Below, piece after piece: positions 8,338-17,077 of a stretch of DNA of 64,000 nucleotides. The translations under genes were made by a program, and so were the position numbers. Source of the DNA: Candidatus Saccharimonadota bacterium (lineage in GTDB: Bacteria > Patescibacteriota > Saccharimonadia > Saccharimonadales > Saccharimonadaceae); the NCBI GenBank assembly GCA_030531645.1, contig JAUNNB010000002.1, positions 8,988 through 72,987 on the forward strand. Direction: 5' to 3'. The first letter of the stretch is position 1. Each line of letters begins with the position of its first letter. The notes under the pieces were generated by a model. That model was not told where the DNA came from, did not search any database, and worked only from the letters and a program-made list of their open reading frames with translations.

Positions 8338-10839
8338 TTATTTCTCCTTTTTATCAATAATTAATATGAGCTTGTCTTTCTTTAAATCAATAGTTGCGAT
8401 TTGACCGCGTTTGATTTCTTCTTTGATGATGGCATCGGAGATGAGAGTTTCGACATTATCTTCAATGGCGCGGCGGAGTGGGCGGGCACCGTTCTTTGGA
8501 TCATAGCCAAGATTGATGAGCCAGTCTTTGGCTTCTGGGGTAATCTTGATGCCGATAGCTTTGGTGGCAAGGCGCTTCTTTAGCTCATTGATGAGGTTAT
8601 CGAAGATTTTTTCAACTTGCTTGTGAGTGAGTGCGTGGAAGACGAGGGTTGCGTCGAGACGGTTGATTAGCTCTGGGCGCATGGCCTTCTTGAGAGCGCG
8701 GAGGGCGGCCTCCTTGGAATATTCATACTCCTCGGCGAGTTTCTTTTCATCGGCCTTAGTTTTGACAGAGAAGCCGAGCTCTTGGTCGTCATACATTTCG
8801 GAAGCACCGAGGTTGGATGTGAGAATAACGACAGTGTTGTTAAATTTAATTTTATTGCCTTGGCCATCGGTCAAAACGCCATCTTCAAGGATTTGGAGAA
8901 GCATATTAAAGACATCTGGGTGGGCTTTTTCGATTTCATCAAAGAGGACCACGGAATATGGACGACGACGGACGGCTTCAGTGAGCTTACCACCGTCATC
9001 ATAGCCGACATAGCCGGCTGGAGCGCCGACAAGACGAGATACATTGTGCTTTTCGCCGAACTCGGACATATCAATTTTAATGAGGGCATTATCACCGCCA
9101 AAGACTTCGCGTGCAATGACGCGGGCGAGCTCGGTTTTGCCGACGCCGGTTGGGCCCATAAAGATAAATGAGCCAATAGGGCGCTTTGGATCACCGACAC
9201 CAGAGCGACCACGGCGGATAGCCTTGGAAACTACTTCAATGGCTTCATCTTGGCCGATGACTTGTTCTTTCAAGTGGTCTTCTAGATTGACTAGAAGTTT
9301 CATCTCAGAACCGTGAACCTTAGAAACAGGGATACCGGTTTTGAGGCTAATAGCAGTAGCAAGGTGTTCTTCGGTGAGCTTTGGTACCTTCTCGGACTTG
9401 CCTTCCTTTGCGGCTTTCTTGGCGCCTTTTTCAGCGGTTTTGAGTTCCTTTTCAAGCTGAGCAAGGCGGGTCTTGTAGAGAGCAGCCTTTTCGAAATCCT
9501 GCTCGTCTGCGGCTTTTTCGATTTTCTCGAGGAGAGATTGTTGTTCGATTTTGAGCTTCTTGTAACGACCACCACCTTTCTTGTCGTGAGCGACTTTGCA
9601 AATAGCGGAAGCTTCATCGATAACATCGATAACTTTATCTGGCATAAAGCGATCGTTGATATAACGGCTGGACATATTGATGGCGGTTTCAAGAATACTG
9701 TCTGAAATGGTGACAGTGTGGTGCTTTTCGTAGTGGGACTTAATTCCCTTGAGGATGCGGAGGGTGACAGCTGGAGATGGCTCTTCGACAACGACAGTTT
9801 GGAAGCGGCGAGAGAGAGCGTGATCTTTTTCGATGCTCTTGCGGTATTCGTCGAGGGTGGTTGCGCCGATGAGGCAAATTTGGCCACGAGCGAGAGCAGG
9901 TTTCAAAATGTTGGCGGCGTCCATAGTGCTGTCTCCGGCGCCACCTGCGCCAACTAAGAGGTGGAGCTCATCGATGAAGAGGATAATTTCTGGGTTCTCG
10001 ATAGTTTCATCAATAACGCCTTTGATGCGTTCCTCAAAATCACCACGGAGTTTAGCACCAGCGACCATAGCGCTGAGGTCGATTTCTATGATGCGCTTGC
10101 CGATAAGTTGGCCCGGGACTTCGTTTTTGGCAATGCGAGTAGCGAGACCTTCGACAATGGCGGTCTTACCAACGCCGGCTTCGCCAATGAGAACTGGGTT
10201 GGACTTAGTGCGACGACAGAGGACGGTAACAGTGCGCTCGATTTCGTTATCACGGCCAATGACGGTGTCGAGTTTGCCTTGGCGGGCTTCTTCGGTGAGG
10301 TCGCGGCCATAGCGAGCGAGGTATTTGAGTTGTTTTTTGTTCTTGAACTTAGCTTTCTTATCTTCAATCTTAGCTTCTTCGGCCTGCTTGACGGCGAGAT
10401 CTTCGATAGTGTCAGCCACTTCATCGAGGTCTAGACCGAGCTTCTGGAGGATAATTGCCGCATGGGAATTAGGCTGAGCGACAATGGAATGGAGAATATG
10501 CTCAGTGCCGATGATTTTGAGCCCCATTTCTTTAGTAAAGACGGCAGCCATTCTGAGAGTGAGGACAGCAGCCTCGGAGAGGGACATCATAGAGAGTTCG
10601 CCAGCCGGAACATCGGTGGCAGGAGCGGAGATTTCGCGCTCGACAGTGTCTAAGTAAATGCCATCATCAGCAAGGATATGGGCGCCAGTAGAAACATCTT
10701 GGTCTAGGATACCGAGGAGAAGATGTTCTGTGGAGATATAACCTTTGTTGTATTTCTTCGCAAAGAAGTCGGCCTTCTGGACCGCAAGACGAGCATTTTC
10801 GGATAGACGATTCATCATCTCTGTAAATTCATCGTTCAT
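8338..10839 (-). CDS. clpC: ATP-dependent Clp protease ATPase (ClpC-type)
   Basis: Clp N-domain, two Walker A motifs ([16 protein letters not shown]), UVR-like middle coil. Confidence 0.92.
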   Translation of the reverse strand: MNDEFTEMMNRLSENARLAVQKADFFAKKYNKGYISTEHLLLGILDQDVSTGAHILADDGIYLDTVEREISAPATDVPAGELSMMSLSEAAVLTLRMAAVFTKEMGLKIIGTEHILHSIVAQPNSHAAIILQKLGLDLDEVADTIEDLAVKQAEEAKIEDKKAKFKNKKQLKYLARYGRDLTEEARQGKLDTVIGRDNEIERTVTVLCRRTKSNPVLIGEAGVGKTAIVEGLATRIAKNEVPGQLIGKRIIEIDLSAMVAGAKLRGDFEERIKGVIDETIENPEIILFIDELHLLVGAGGAGDSTMDAANILKPALARGQICLIGATTLDEYRKSIEKDHALSRRFQTVVVEEPSPAVTLRILKGIKSHYEKHHTVTISDSILETAINMSSRYINDRFMPDKVIDVIDEASAICKVAHDKKGGGRYKKLKIEQQSLLEKIEKAADEQDFEKAALYKTRLAQLEKELKTAEKGAKKAAKEGKSEKVPKLTEEHLATAISLKTGIPVSKVHGSEMKLLVNLEDHLKEQVIGQDEAIEVVSKAIRRGRSGVGDPKRPIGSFIFMGPTGVGKTELARVIAREVFGGDNALIKIDMSEFGEKHNVSRLVGAPAGYVGYDDGGKLTEAVRRRPYSVVLFDEIEKAHPDVFNMLLQILEDGVLTDGQGNKIKFNNTVVILTSNLGASEMYDDQELGFSVKTKADEKKLAEEYEYSKEAALRALKKAMRPELINRLDATLVFHALTHKQVEKIFDNLINELKKRLATKAIGIKITPEAKDWLINLGYDPKNGARPLRRAIEDNVETLISDAIIKEEIKRGQIATIDLKKDKLILIIDKKEK

Positions 10840-10861
10840 ATAGCCATTATACTCCTGTTAA

Positions 10862-10888
10862 TTAGCACTGTCAAGGGTCGAGTGCTAA
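10862..10888. promoter_or_regulatory. CIRCE element (HrcA operator) overlapping the -35 of the clpC operon promoter
   Basis: Minus strand TTAGCACTC-N9-CAGTGCTAA (one mismatch to consensus) containing TTGACA; TATAAT 17 bp downstream (10846-10851). Confidence 0.9.
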
Positions 10889-10944
10889 AATACTGTAGTA
10901 CTGTCGGATTGCGAGATGTTGGATGATGAAGCCTGCGAATTGTA

Positions 10945-11406
10945 TTACTGTTCTGCCATGAGAAGACAGTAGCCGTCCTCACTAATATCTGCTAACAATA
11001 TGAGCCCGAGAATGATCCTGTCTCTTGCCAAAATATGTTGGTCGCTTTTTGGAACGCCAAGCTCACCCTTTTTTGCAGTAATATATGAAATTTCTATGAA
11101 CTTCGTCTTTTTTGAGTAGCGCTTAACAGAGTCAAAAGTATAACTATCGAGCCATTCGTAATCTATGTCTAGACAGCCTTCGTCGGTGAATTCTGCTTCG
11201 TAAATACGTTCGTCCTCTGGTATTCCTAGAATATCGTAGCATTCGTCTATTTTCTTCTTAACTTTTTCATAGTCTGAAATAAAATATACACGGTATTCAT
11301 CTCTATCGCATTCGTCGGATTTGAAAAATTTCTTTGGGTCATCACTTGGCTGTGAATAGCCGAATTTCCCACGTTTCCTCGCAAATGTTGAATAGTATCT
11401 TCCCAT
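10945..11406 (-). CDS. Hypothetical protein (153 aa, start MGRYYS)
   Basis: AAGGAGG RBS before the ATG at 11406; AT-rich; divergent from the HTH-Panacea gene. Confidence 0.7.
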   Translation of the reverse strand: MGRYYSTFARKRGKFGYSQPSDDPKKFFKSDECDRDEYRVYFISDYEKVKKKIDECYDILGIPEDERIYEAEFTDEGCLDIDYEWLDSYTFDSVKRYSKKTKFIEISYITAKKGELGVPKSDQHILARDRIILGLILLADISEDGYCLLMAEQ

Positions 11407-11521
11407 TTTAACCTCCTTTATGTAAATAATTATATACATTGGTTTTGATTTTGCAATAGAAAATATAAATATTTTTGTATTTTTTATTGACTGTATGTTA
11501 AAAATAATATACAATTAAGGT

Positions 11522-12229
11522 ATGGAAGATAAGAATATTTTCAGGATAAATCTGCGTAAGTATAGAAAGATGGCTGGCCTCACTCAAGAGCAGTTTGCAA
11601 AACATCTCGGCATTTCTCGCGTTTCTTATAATAAGTTAGAACAGGGAGACCGTGTCCCTAGTCTGGATGATATTACTAATATTGCACGCATTTTGAATAT
11701 AAGCATGCTGGATCTATTGGATATAGGAGTTATTCCGGAGGCTCATGCACATGAAAAATTTGAGCAAGTATATCATTATATCTTGAATAATTATTTCCCT
11801 GAGGGTATTCCTAAAACTAAACTAGCGAAGATTTTATATCTTATAGACTTCTCAAATTATTACTTGTATTTAGATCCAATGACAGAAGCTACTTATTTCC
11901 ATAAGCCGTATGGTCCCGTAGCGGATGTCTTTCTGGAGCTCACAGATGCTTTGTATGAAGAAGCTAGGATAGATATCCAGATTAATGGCGAAGCTATGCT
12001 TATAAAGCCAGTTGAGAAGCATGATGATAACTTGATTACAGATAGGGATAAAAAATTGATTGAGAAGGTGTGTGATTATTGGAAAGATAGAAGGACGAAA
12101 GAGATAGTGAATTTCACGCATCAGCAGCTGCCTTATAAGACTAGTTATCCTAATAACAGAATCCCATTTTACTCAATAGGACAGGAGGCCCCAGACAATG
12201 TTTTCGCACCAGTTGATATCTACGGATAA
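11522..12229 (+). CDS. XRE-HTH plus Panacea (DUF4065/SocA-like) antitoxin
   Basis: N-terminal LTQEQFAKHLGISRVSYNKLEQG HTH; KTKLAKILYLIDF...PYGPV and LVNFTH-like (IVNFTHQQLPY) DUF4065 motifs. Confidence 0.85.
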   Translation: MEDKNIFRINLRKYRKMAGLTQEQFAKHLGISRVSYNKLEQGDRVPSLDDITNIARILNISMLDLLDIGVIPEAHAHEKFEQVYHYILNNYFPEGIPKTKLAKILYLIDFSNYYLYLDPMTEATYFHKPYGPVADVFLELTDALYEEARIDIQINGEAMLIKPVEKHDDNLITDRDKKLIEKVCDYWKDRRTKEIVNFTHQQLPYKTSYPNNRIPFYSIGQEAPDNVFAPVDIYG

Positions 12230-12632
12230 TTTAGCATTTTTAACCACATTTAGCGAGTACTCTTTAAGGCATTTTAAGAGGAATTTTGAAAAAGATTACC
12301 CTAAAAAGGTATGGAGAGAGACAGAAAAATCTATCCTCTATGAAATCTCAGAAATATCGAAGAATAATTTAGGATTTACTCAAAAAGTTGATGAACTTTG
12401 GCAAAAAGACAACTTTTGGATCTTTAAATATGATTTTCGTATTGTGGGTATGAAGAAATCTACTAGGTCGGCTGGCAATAGGTGTATTGTTTTTCTAGAT
12501 AATCTAAAGAAACAGGCAGAAATACTTCTGATTTATAGAAAGACGGATTTACCTAAAAATAAATCGGAGCAAGCATATATTGAAGCTGTTGTTAGAAACG
12601 AATTTCCTAGTTATTACAGCGCAACTAGATAA
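12198..12632 (+). CDS. Putative RelE/ParE-fold toxin
   Basis: Overlaps the antitoxin 3' end; KYDFRIVGMKKSTRSAGNRCIVF...EILLIYRKTD resembles the RelE-like K.R...GKSGG.R.IY...LL.IY.K pattern. Confidence 0.65.
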   Translation: MFSHQLISTDNLAFLTTFSEYSLRHFKRNFEKDYPKKVWRETEKSILYEISEISKNNLGFTQKVDELWQKDNFWIFKYDFRIVGMKKSTRSAGNRCIVFLDNLKKQAEILLIYRKTDLPKNKSEQAYIEAVVRNEFPSYYSATR

Positions 12633-12634
12633 GG

Positions 12635-12705
12635 CGAAACTGGCTCTATCCCAGGATCTCTGGGCAGGCATCCAGAACGGACGCTTTTCGAGCCAGCCTC
12701 TTTCA
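12635..12705 (-). ncRNA. Candidate small three-way-junction RNA convergent on the toxin gene
   Basis: Stems CTGGCTC/GAGCCAG, GCGTCC/GGATGC and CCCAG/CTGGG; TATAAT at 12712-12717 on the minus strand. Confidence 0.4.
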
Positions 12706-12758
12706 TCAATTATTATACTAAATCGCTAGAAAGATGCTAATAACTTTTATATTGCGTC

Positions 12759-12796
12759 AAAAGGTAATTACCTTTTCAATAGCATGATTACCTTTT
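12759..12796. promoter_or_regulatory. Perfect 18-bp palindrome plus repeated half-site (candidate operator)
   Basis: AAAAGGTAATTACCTTTT at 12759-12776; ATTACCTTTT repeated 20 bp later at 12787-12796. Confidence 0.55.
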
Positions 12797-12852
12797 CCCG
12801 ATAAGCATAAGAACCTATTGCAAAAATGTTTATGTTGTGGTATAATAGTAAC

Positions 12853-12992
12853 AGCTACAACTTTATTCAATACTTTAAAATACTGTTTGTTCACAAGCGT
12901 TAAATAGCGGCCATAATCGCAGTTTATGCTTGTTTTCGAACAGTATTGAATTGCAAAAGTTGTAGCGACTGATTGTGGTCGCTATTTTATTT
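12853..12992 (+). ncRNA. Candidate structured leader or sRNA (long hairpin plus overlapping terminator)
   Basis: Promoter TTGCAA-17-TATAAT (12818-12846); stems 12854-64/12956-66, 12879-89/12937-47 and 12893-99/12927-33; terminator 12963-69/12978-84 plus T-tract. Confidence 0.55.
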
Positions 12993-13010
12993 TATAAAGA
13001 AAGGAATAAT

Positions 13011-13340
13011 ATGTTTGCTGTAGTTGTTATAGCATTGTTATCATATAATATTTTAAAATCAAAAGTATTAAGACAAGAACCGTTAAATGATGCGAATGGG
13101 TTTTTACTGGGCTTCTTTAATCCAATATTACCAGCCTTGCTGATAGTAAACCAATTGGATGGATTGCGAATGCAAGTTAAAACTTCTAGCAGAACAAAAA
13201 GTAGAGCCATAGAAGATGGTATGTGGGATATGAAACGATCAGTTTGGACTGGGATTTTAGCTCGTCTTGTTTTATGTGGCATAATTTTCTTTATACTGAC
13301 ATATAATGGTGGTTATCATAGTTATCATACCTCGTATTAA
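13011..13340 (+). CDS. Small membrane protein (109 aa)
   Basis: AAAGGA RBS before the ATG at 13011; hydrophobic segments. Confidence 0.65.
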   Translation: MFAVVVIALLSYNILKSKVLRQEPLNDANGFLLGFFNPILPALLIVNQLDGLRMQVKTSSRTKSRAIEDGMWDMKRSVWTGILARLVLCGIIFFILTYNGGYHSYHTSY

Positions 13341-13365
13341 AAAGAGCCCCGAGGGGCTCTTTTTT
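13339..13365. terminator. Bidirectional intrinsic terminator
   Basis: AAAAGAGCCCC-GA-GGGGCTCTTTTT between convergent genes. Confidence 0.8.
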
Positions 13366-13612
13366 AGACTTCTTCTGTGTGACCACAGTCTTGGCAGACG
13401 GCAATTTTCTTTTGGACATTCTTGATCTTTTTGCGTTTCCCTACGAAAATCGCAAAGATGAGTGCCGGAATTGTGAATATGAGCCACTTTATGAAAATCC
13501 ACCACCAACCAATGCAAAGCCACCAGATGATGCCATGATGTTTTGTGACTAGCTCAGATTCGTTGACTACCTGAACCTGCATATTTGAGCTTTTGCATTT
13601 TGGACAATTCAT
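13364..13612 (-). CDS. Small membrane protein with split zinc ribbon (LITAF-like topology)
   Basis: CPKC at the N-terminus, Trp-rich hydrophobic hairpin, CQDC at the C-terminus. Confidence 0.7.
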   Translation of the reverse strand: MNCPKCKSSNMQVQVVNESELVTKHHGIIWWLCIGWWWIFIKWLIFTIPALIFAIFVGKRKKIKNVQKKIAVCQDCGHTEEV

Positions 13613-13621
13613 CTGATACTC

Positions 13622-14806
13622 CTATTCCCCGAGGATTTCACCGGCTTTGCGGATCATTTCTTCGAACTCATCGGTGCGGATGACCCAAATAGGTTTGGAG
13701 CCTTCTGATGCGATGTTGGTATGGCGCTCAGGCATATCGGCGACATTCTTGTCCTCGTCGAGAGAGAAGCCGAGGTATGCGAGCTTTTGACAGACCATCT
13801 TGCGGATTTCGTCGGAGCGTTCGCCGATAGTAGCGGTAAAGACGATTGCGTCTACGCCACCGAGAGAGGCAGCCATCTGGCCAATAGCGGTCTGAATGCG
13901 ATAAACATAGAGGGCGTGGGCGAAAGTACCGAGCTTATCGCCTTCGTCGCGGAGTTGGATAATCTCGCGCATGTCATCAGTTTTACCAGATACGCCTTTG
14001 AGGCCACATTCCTTATTGAGGTATTTCTCAAGTGCTTCATCAGAGGCGATCTTCTTGTTTTTCTTGATAGCGAGAGCAGCTGCGACATCGATATTGCCGG
14101 AGCGGGTGGACATCATAAGACCATCGAGTGGGCTGTAACCCATAGTGGTATCGTGGCTTTTGCCATCAAAGACAGCGGTAAGTGAAGAACCAGAACCGAT
14201 GTGGCAGACAATAAGTTTCTCTGGGAGGATTTCCTCTTTCTTCATGTAGTTGACGATAGAGCCAACAGAGAGGCCGTGGAAGCCCCAACGCTTGATATCG
14301 TATTTATCGGCGAGCTCTTGGTCGATAGCGTAAGCCTTCATAAGCTCTGGACGAGCAGTATGGAAGCCGGAGTCTGAAATGGCAATAATAGGGGTGCCAC
14401 GGAAGGTGACCATAAAGTGCTCGATTTCGGCTGCAACTACAGGAACATGGAGAGGTGCCTTTTTCTTGGCTACTTCAAGTTGTTTCAAACATTCATCATC
14501 AACGATGTGATCGTGTGAGAAGTATTCACCAGGGGCGGCAACGCGAGCTAGGATGGCATCGAGACCGCGAGCTTTGGTGATATAGCCTTCGTCTTCGAGG
14601 ATGTTATCGAGGTTGGCAACGGTAGATGTGAGTTCCTTGAAAGCACAGTTAATCTTTTTCTTGGAACCATCAGCCTTCTTCATCGTACAGACTATTTTGC
14701 CGCCTTCGAACTCGAAGTGGAACGAACATTCAAGCTTGTCGCCGTGGTAGAGAGCGTATTTACGAGAAGAACTCCCTGGATTAGTAATCAAAATCAGTTT
14801 TTCCAT
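13622..14806 (-). CDS. ackA: Acetate kinase
   Basis: NPGSSSRK, RWGFHGLS, HIGSGSS, MGYSPLDGLMMSTRSG and FTATIGE motifs. Confidence 0.92.
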   Translation of the reverse strand: MEKLILITNPGSSSRKYALYHGDKLECSFHFEFEGGKIVCTMKKADGSKKKINCAFKELTSTVANLDNILEDEGYITKARGLDAILARVAAPGEYFSHDHIVDDECLKQLEVAKKKAPLHVPVVAAEIEHFMVTFRGTPIIAISDSGFHTARPELMKAYAIDQELADKYDIKRWGFHGLSVGSIVNYMKKEEILPEKLIVCHIGSGSSLTAVFDGKSHDTTMGYSPLDGLMMSTRSGNIDVAAALAIKKNKKIASDEALEKYLNKECGLKGVSGKTDDMREIIQLRDEGDKLGTFAHALYVYRIQTAIGQMAASLGGVDAIVFTATIGERSDEIRKMVCQKLAYLGFSLDEDKNVADMPERHTNIASEGSKPIWVIRTDEFEEMIRKAGEILGE

Positions 14807-14927
14807 TAAAAACTCCTTTATTTCGCCTTATTATAGCATAATTTGCGGGCTTTTTAAAGAATTGCTAACAGATAAAATGGATGTGCTTATACTTGACAAA
14901 ATAGGGGAAGTGTGCTATAATGGAAGC

Positions 14928-15638
14928 ATGAGTAATAGGGATATTGTACCCCTTGTGGGGTCATTCACTGTTTTTATTGCTACTCTGTTAGCAATGGGTG
15001 GTTCTCATTTCAATGTCCACGATGCAAACCTTAACCTTGCGACTATGACATATAGTAAAGTCTCAAACGTTAAGGAGGTGGAATTAACAGAGATAAAGCA
15101 TAAGTCTGGCTCGGACACAGCTCGTAATAATACCCCTGTAACATATGGTCGTGGGGCAGTTACGGCTGGCAGAGATATTAGTTCATATATCCTCGTTGGT
15201 GGCAATAAGATTGAAACTTTTAATACCAGCGTGTCAAATAACGAATTCTCTGAAACTTATAATAAAGTAGGAATTTATAATGGAACTTTTTACTACGGTC
15301 ACAACTCTTCGAATGTGTTTGGAGTATTGGATCGTTTACCTGTTGGGACTGTTTTTACGATAGTTACCAACGGACAAAAACAAGATTACAAAATTGCATA
15401 TAAGAAAGTCTTATCGAAGGCTGTTATGCTCGATAAGAGCAGTGTTGAATCTACCCGTAGATTGAAAGCAATTTACAATGCAGGCTATCATGAGGATTGC
15501 GATTTCTCGATTAAGAATGGTGATTTAAAGTGCAAGAGCGCACATCCATATCACATTTCTTTGATGACTTGTGCCGGTACCAACTATGGTAACGGCGATG
15601 CATCACATCGTTTGGTGGTTGAAGCTGTTCGTGTTTAA
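14928..15638 (+). CDS. Sortase-like protein (class F-like)
   Basis: N-terminal TM, YGH, LMTCAG and SHRLVV catalytic triad; TTGACA-17-TATAAT promoter with the ATG 6 nt downstream. Confidence 0.7.
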   Translation: MSNRDIVPLVGSFTVFIATLLAMGGSHFNVHDANLNLATMTYSKVSNVKEVELTEIKHKSGSDTARNNTPVTYGRGAVTAGRDISSYILVGGNKIETFNTSVSNNEFSETYNKVGIYNGTFYYGHNSSNVFGVLDRLPVGTVFTIVTNGQKQDYKIAYKKVLSKAVMLDKSSVESTRRLKAIYNAGYHEDCDFSIKNGDLKCKSAHPYHISLMTCAGTNYGNGDASHRLVVEAVRV

Positions 15639-15674
15639 CAAGTAAAAAAATAACCCCCTTAGCGGGGGTTATTT

Positions 15675-16064
15675 TTATTTCTTTTTCTTCTTGTTGGCGC
15701 TGCCTAGTGAATTCTTAGTCATAATACAGACAATTGCGAAGAAGGCGTAGACTAGGAATGCAACGAGGTTGAATACCATAATTTCGCGGACCTCTTTGGC
15801 ATTGTTCATGAGGACGATGTTACCGATGATGCCAGTGGTGCCGTAGATAACGGCGGCGCTACCAGCGAAGATGCCGAGGCCGACGCTACCGGAATAGCCG
15901 ATGCTGATGGTGGAAATGAACATGACGAGTTCGGAAAGGATGACGCCACCGAAGGCCCATGCTTCGAGTTCGGTTTTGTTCACGCTGCCAGTGCCAAAGA
16001 AAATGGCACAACTAATGGCCACTGCGATAATAACTAATAATGTTAGTAAGATTTTGTTCTTCAT
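15675..16064 (-). CDS. Four-TM membrane protein (129 aa, start MKNKIL)
   Basis: Hydrophobic helices; lies directly downstream of tRNA-Thr; the longer ORF-track start runs through the tRNA. Confidence 0.7.
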   Translation of the reverse strand: MKNKILLTLLVIIAVAISCAIFFGTGSVNKTELEAWAFGGVILSELVMFISTISIGYSGSVGLGIFAGSAAVIYGTTGIIGNIVLMNNAKEVREIMVFNLVAFLVYAFFAIVCIMTKNSLGSANKKKKK

Positions 16065-16087
16065 TTTGATGCCCTTATTTAAAAATA

Positions 16088-16163
16088 TGGAGCCGCGAGT
16101 CGGACTTGAACCGACGACCTGCCGCTTACAAGGCGGCTGCTCTACCAACTGAGCTATCACGGC
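16088..16163 (-). tRNA. tRNA-Thr(TGT)
   Basis: Cloverleaf GCCGTGA/TCGCGGC, anticodon arm GCCGC-CTTGTAA-GCGGC, encoded CCA. Confidence 0.95.
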
Positions 16164-16200
16164 ATGGGATTATTATATCAAATGTGGCAAAAAACGCAAG

Positions 16201-17001
16201 TTATTGGACGAGTTTGCGACCAGAACGCCTGGCGCGCTTGGCTTCGGCGCGAGCGGTTTTGCGTTCTTCGCGAGTAGGTTTTTTGTTGCCAACTTTCTGA
16301 GGTGGATAGAAGACCTTGGTTTCGCGTTTTTGGAGGCGAGGGGTGCGGCCTTTGGCCTTGGCGGCTTGGGCTTTGCGGATGTTGTCCTCGGTGATCTTTT
16401 TCTCGATACGGGCGGAGGTTTCGGCGATACCTTCGGCATCCTCAGCATCCTCATAAATAGCGAGAATTTGTTTCAAAATATTGATAGAATTATCGAGTTG
16501 ATAGGCGGATTCAAGGGCTTCAACGGCAGCTTTGCGATTGCCCATACCCTCTTCGGCCTTGGCGAGGGCGAGATAACGAGCTGGCATATCATCTTCAAGC
16601 TCGAGAGCCTGTTTGAAAGCCATAGCGGCCTCTTCATAGGCGCCGGTTTCAAGGTAAATTAAGCCAACATTGTGAAGAGATGAAGCGTTGTTATCGAGAG
16701 ATTGTGCAATCTCGAAACACTCGATAGCCTCGTCATAATTCTTTTCGCGAGCGTAAAGAATGCCAAGGCGGTTATAAGCGGCGGCGTTCTTTTCATCGAA
16801 TTTCAAGATGGTAAGGAGGGCGGCCTCGGCGCGCATGGTCTTCTTCTCTTTCATCGACATCTGCGCGATGTTCCAAAGCTTTTTCATCTGGTTCTGGTAT
16901 TTCTCGGACTTATCTTCGATGGTTTCTTCTTTTGGCACAAAAATAGGATAGAAAAAGACGATGTATGTCGCCAACAAAATAATCAAAAGTATGCCCAACA
17001 T
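16201..17001 (-). CDS. Membrane-anchored tetratricopeptide repeat protein
   Basis: N-terminal TM; repeats AAAYNRLGILY, ASSLHNVGLIY and similar. Confidence 0.85.
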   Translation of the reverse strand: MLGILLIILLATYIVFFYPIFVPKEETIEDKSEKYQNQMKKLWNIAQMSMKEKKTMRAEAALLTILKFDEKNAAAYNRLGILYAREKNYDEAIECFEIAQSLDNNASSLHNVGLIYLETGAYEEAAMAFKQALELEDDMPARYLALAKAEEGMGNRKAAVEALESAYQLDNSINILKQILAIYEDAEDAEGIAETSARIEKKITEDNIRKAQAAKAKGRTPRLQKRETKVFYPPQKVGNKKPTREERKTARAEAKRARRSGRKLVQ

Positions 17002-17077
17002 GTAATCATTTTACCATAACTTGAGCGCGTTTTCAAAAAACTTTACGAGTTTTAAAAATCTATGTTATAATGAGCGT

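Noticed and set aside
12635-12705. Possible hammerhead ribozyme (GAAA next to a three-way junction)
   Set aside because: The CUGAUGA core and NUH site are absent; kept only as an unclassified RNA.
15675-16160. ORF-track starts running through tRNA genes (also 21634-23550)
   Set aside because: The extensions translate tRNA sequence; better starts exist at 16064 and 21823.
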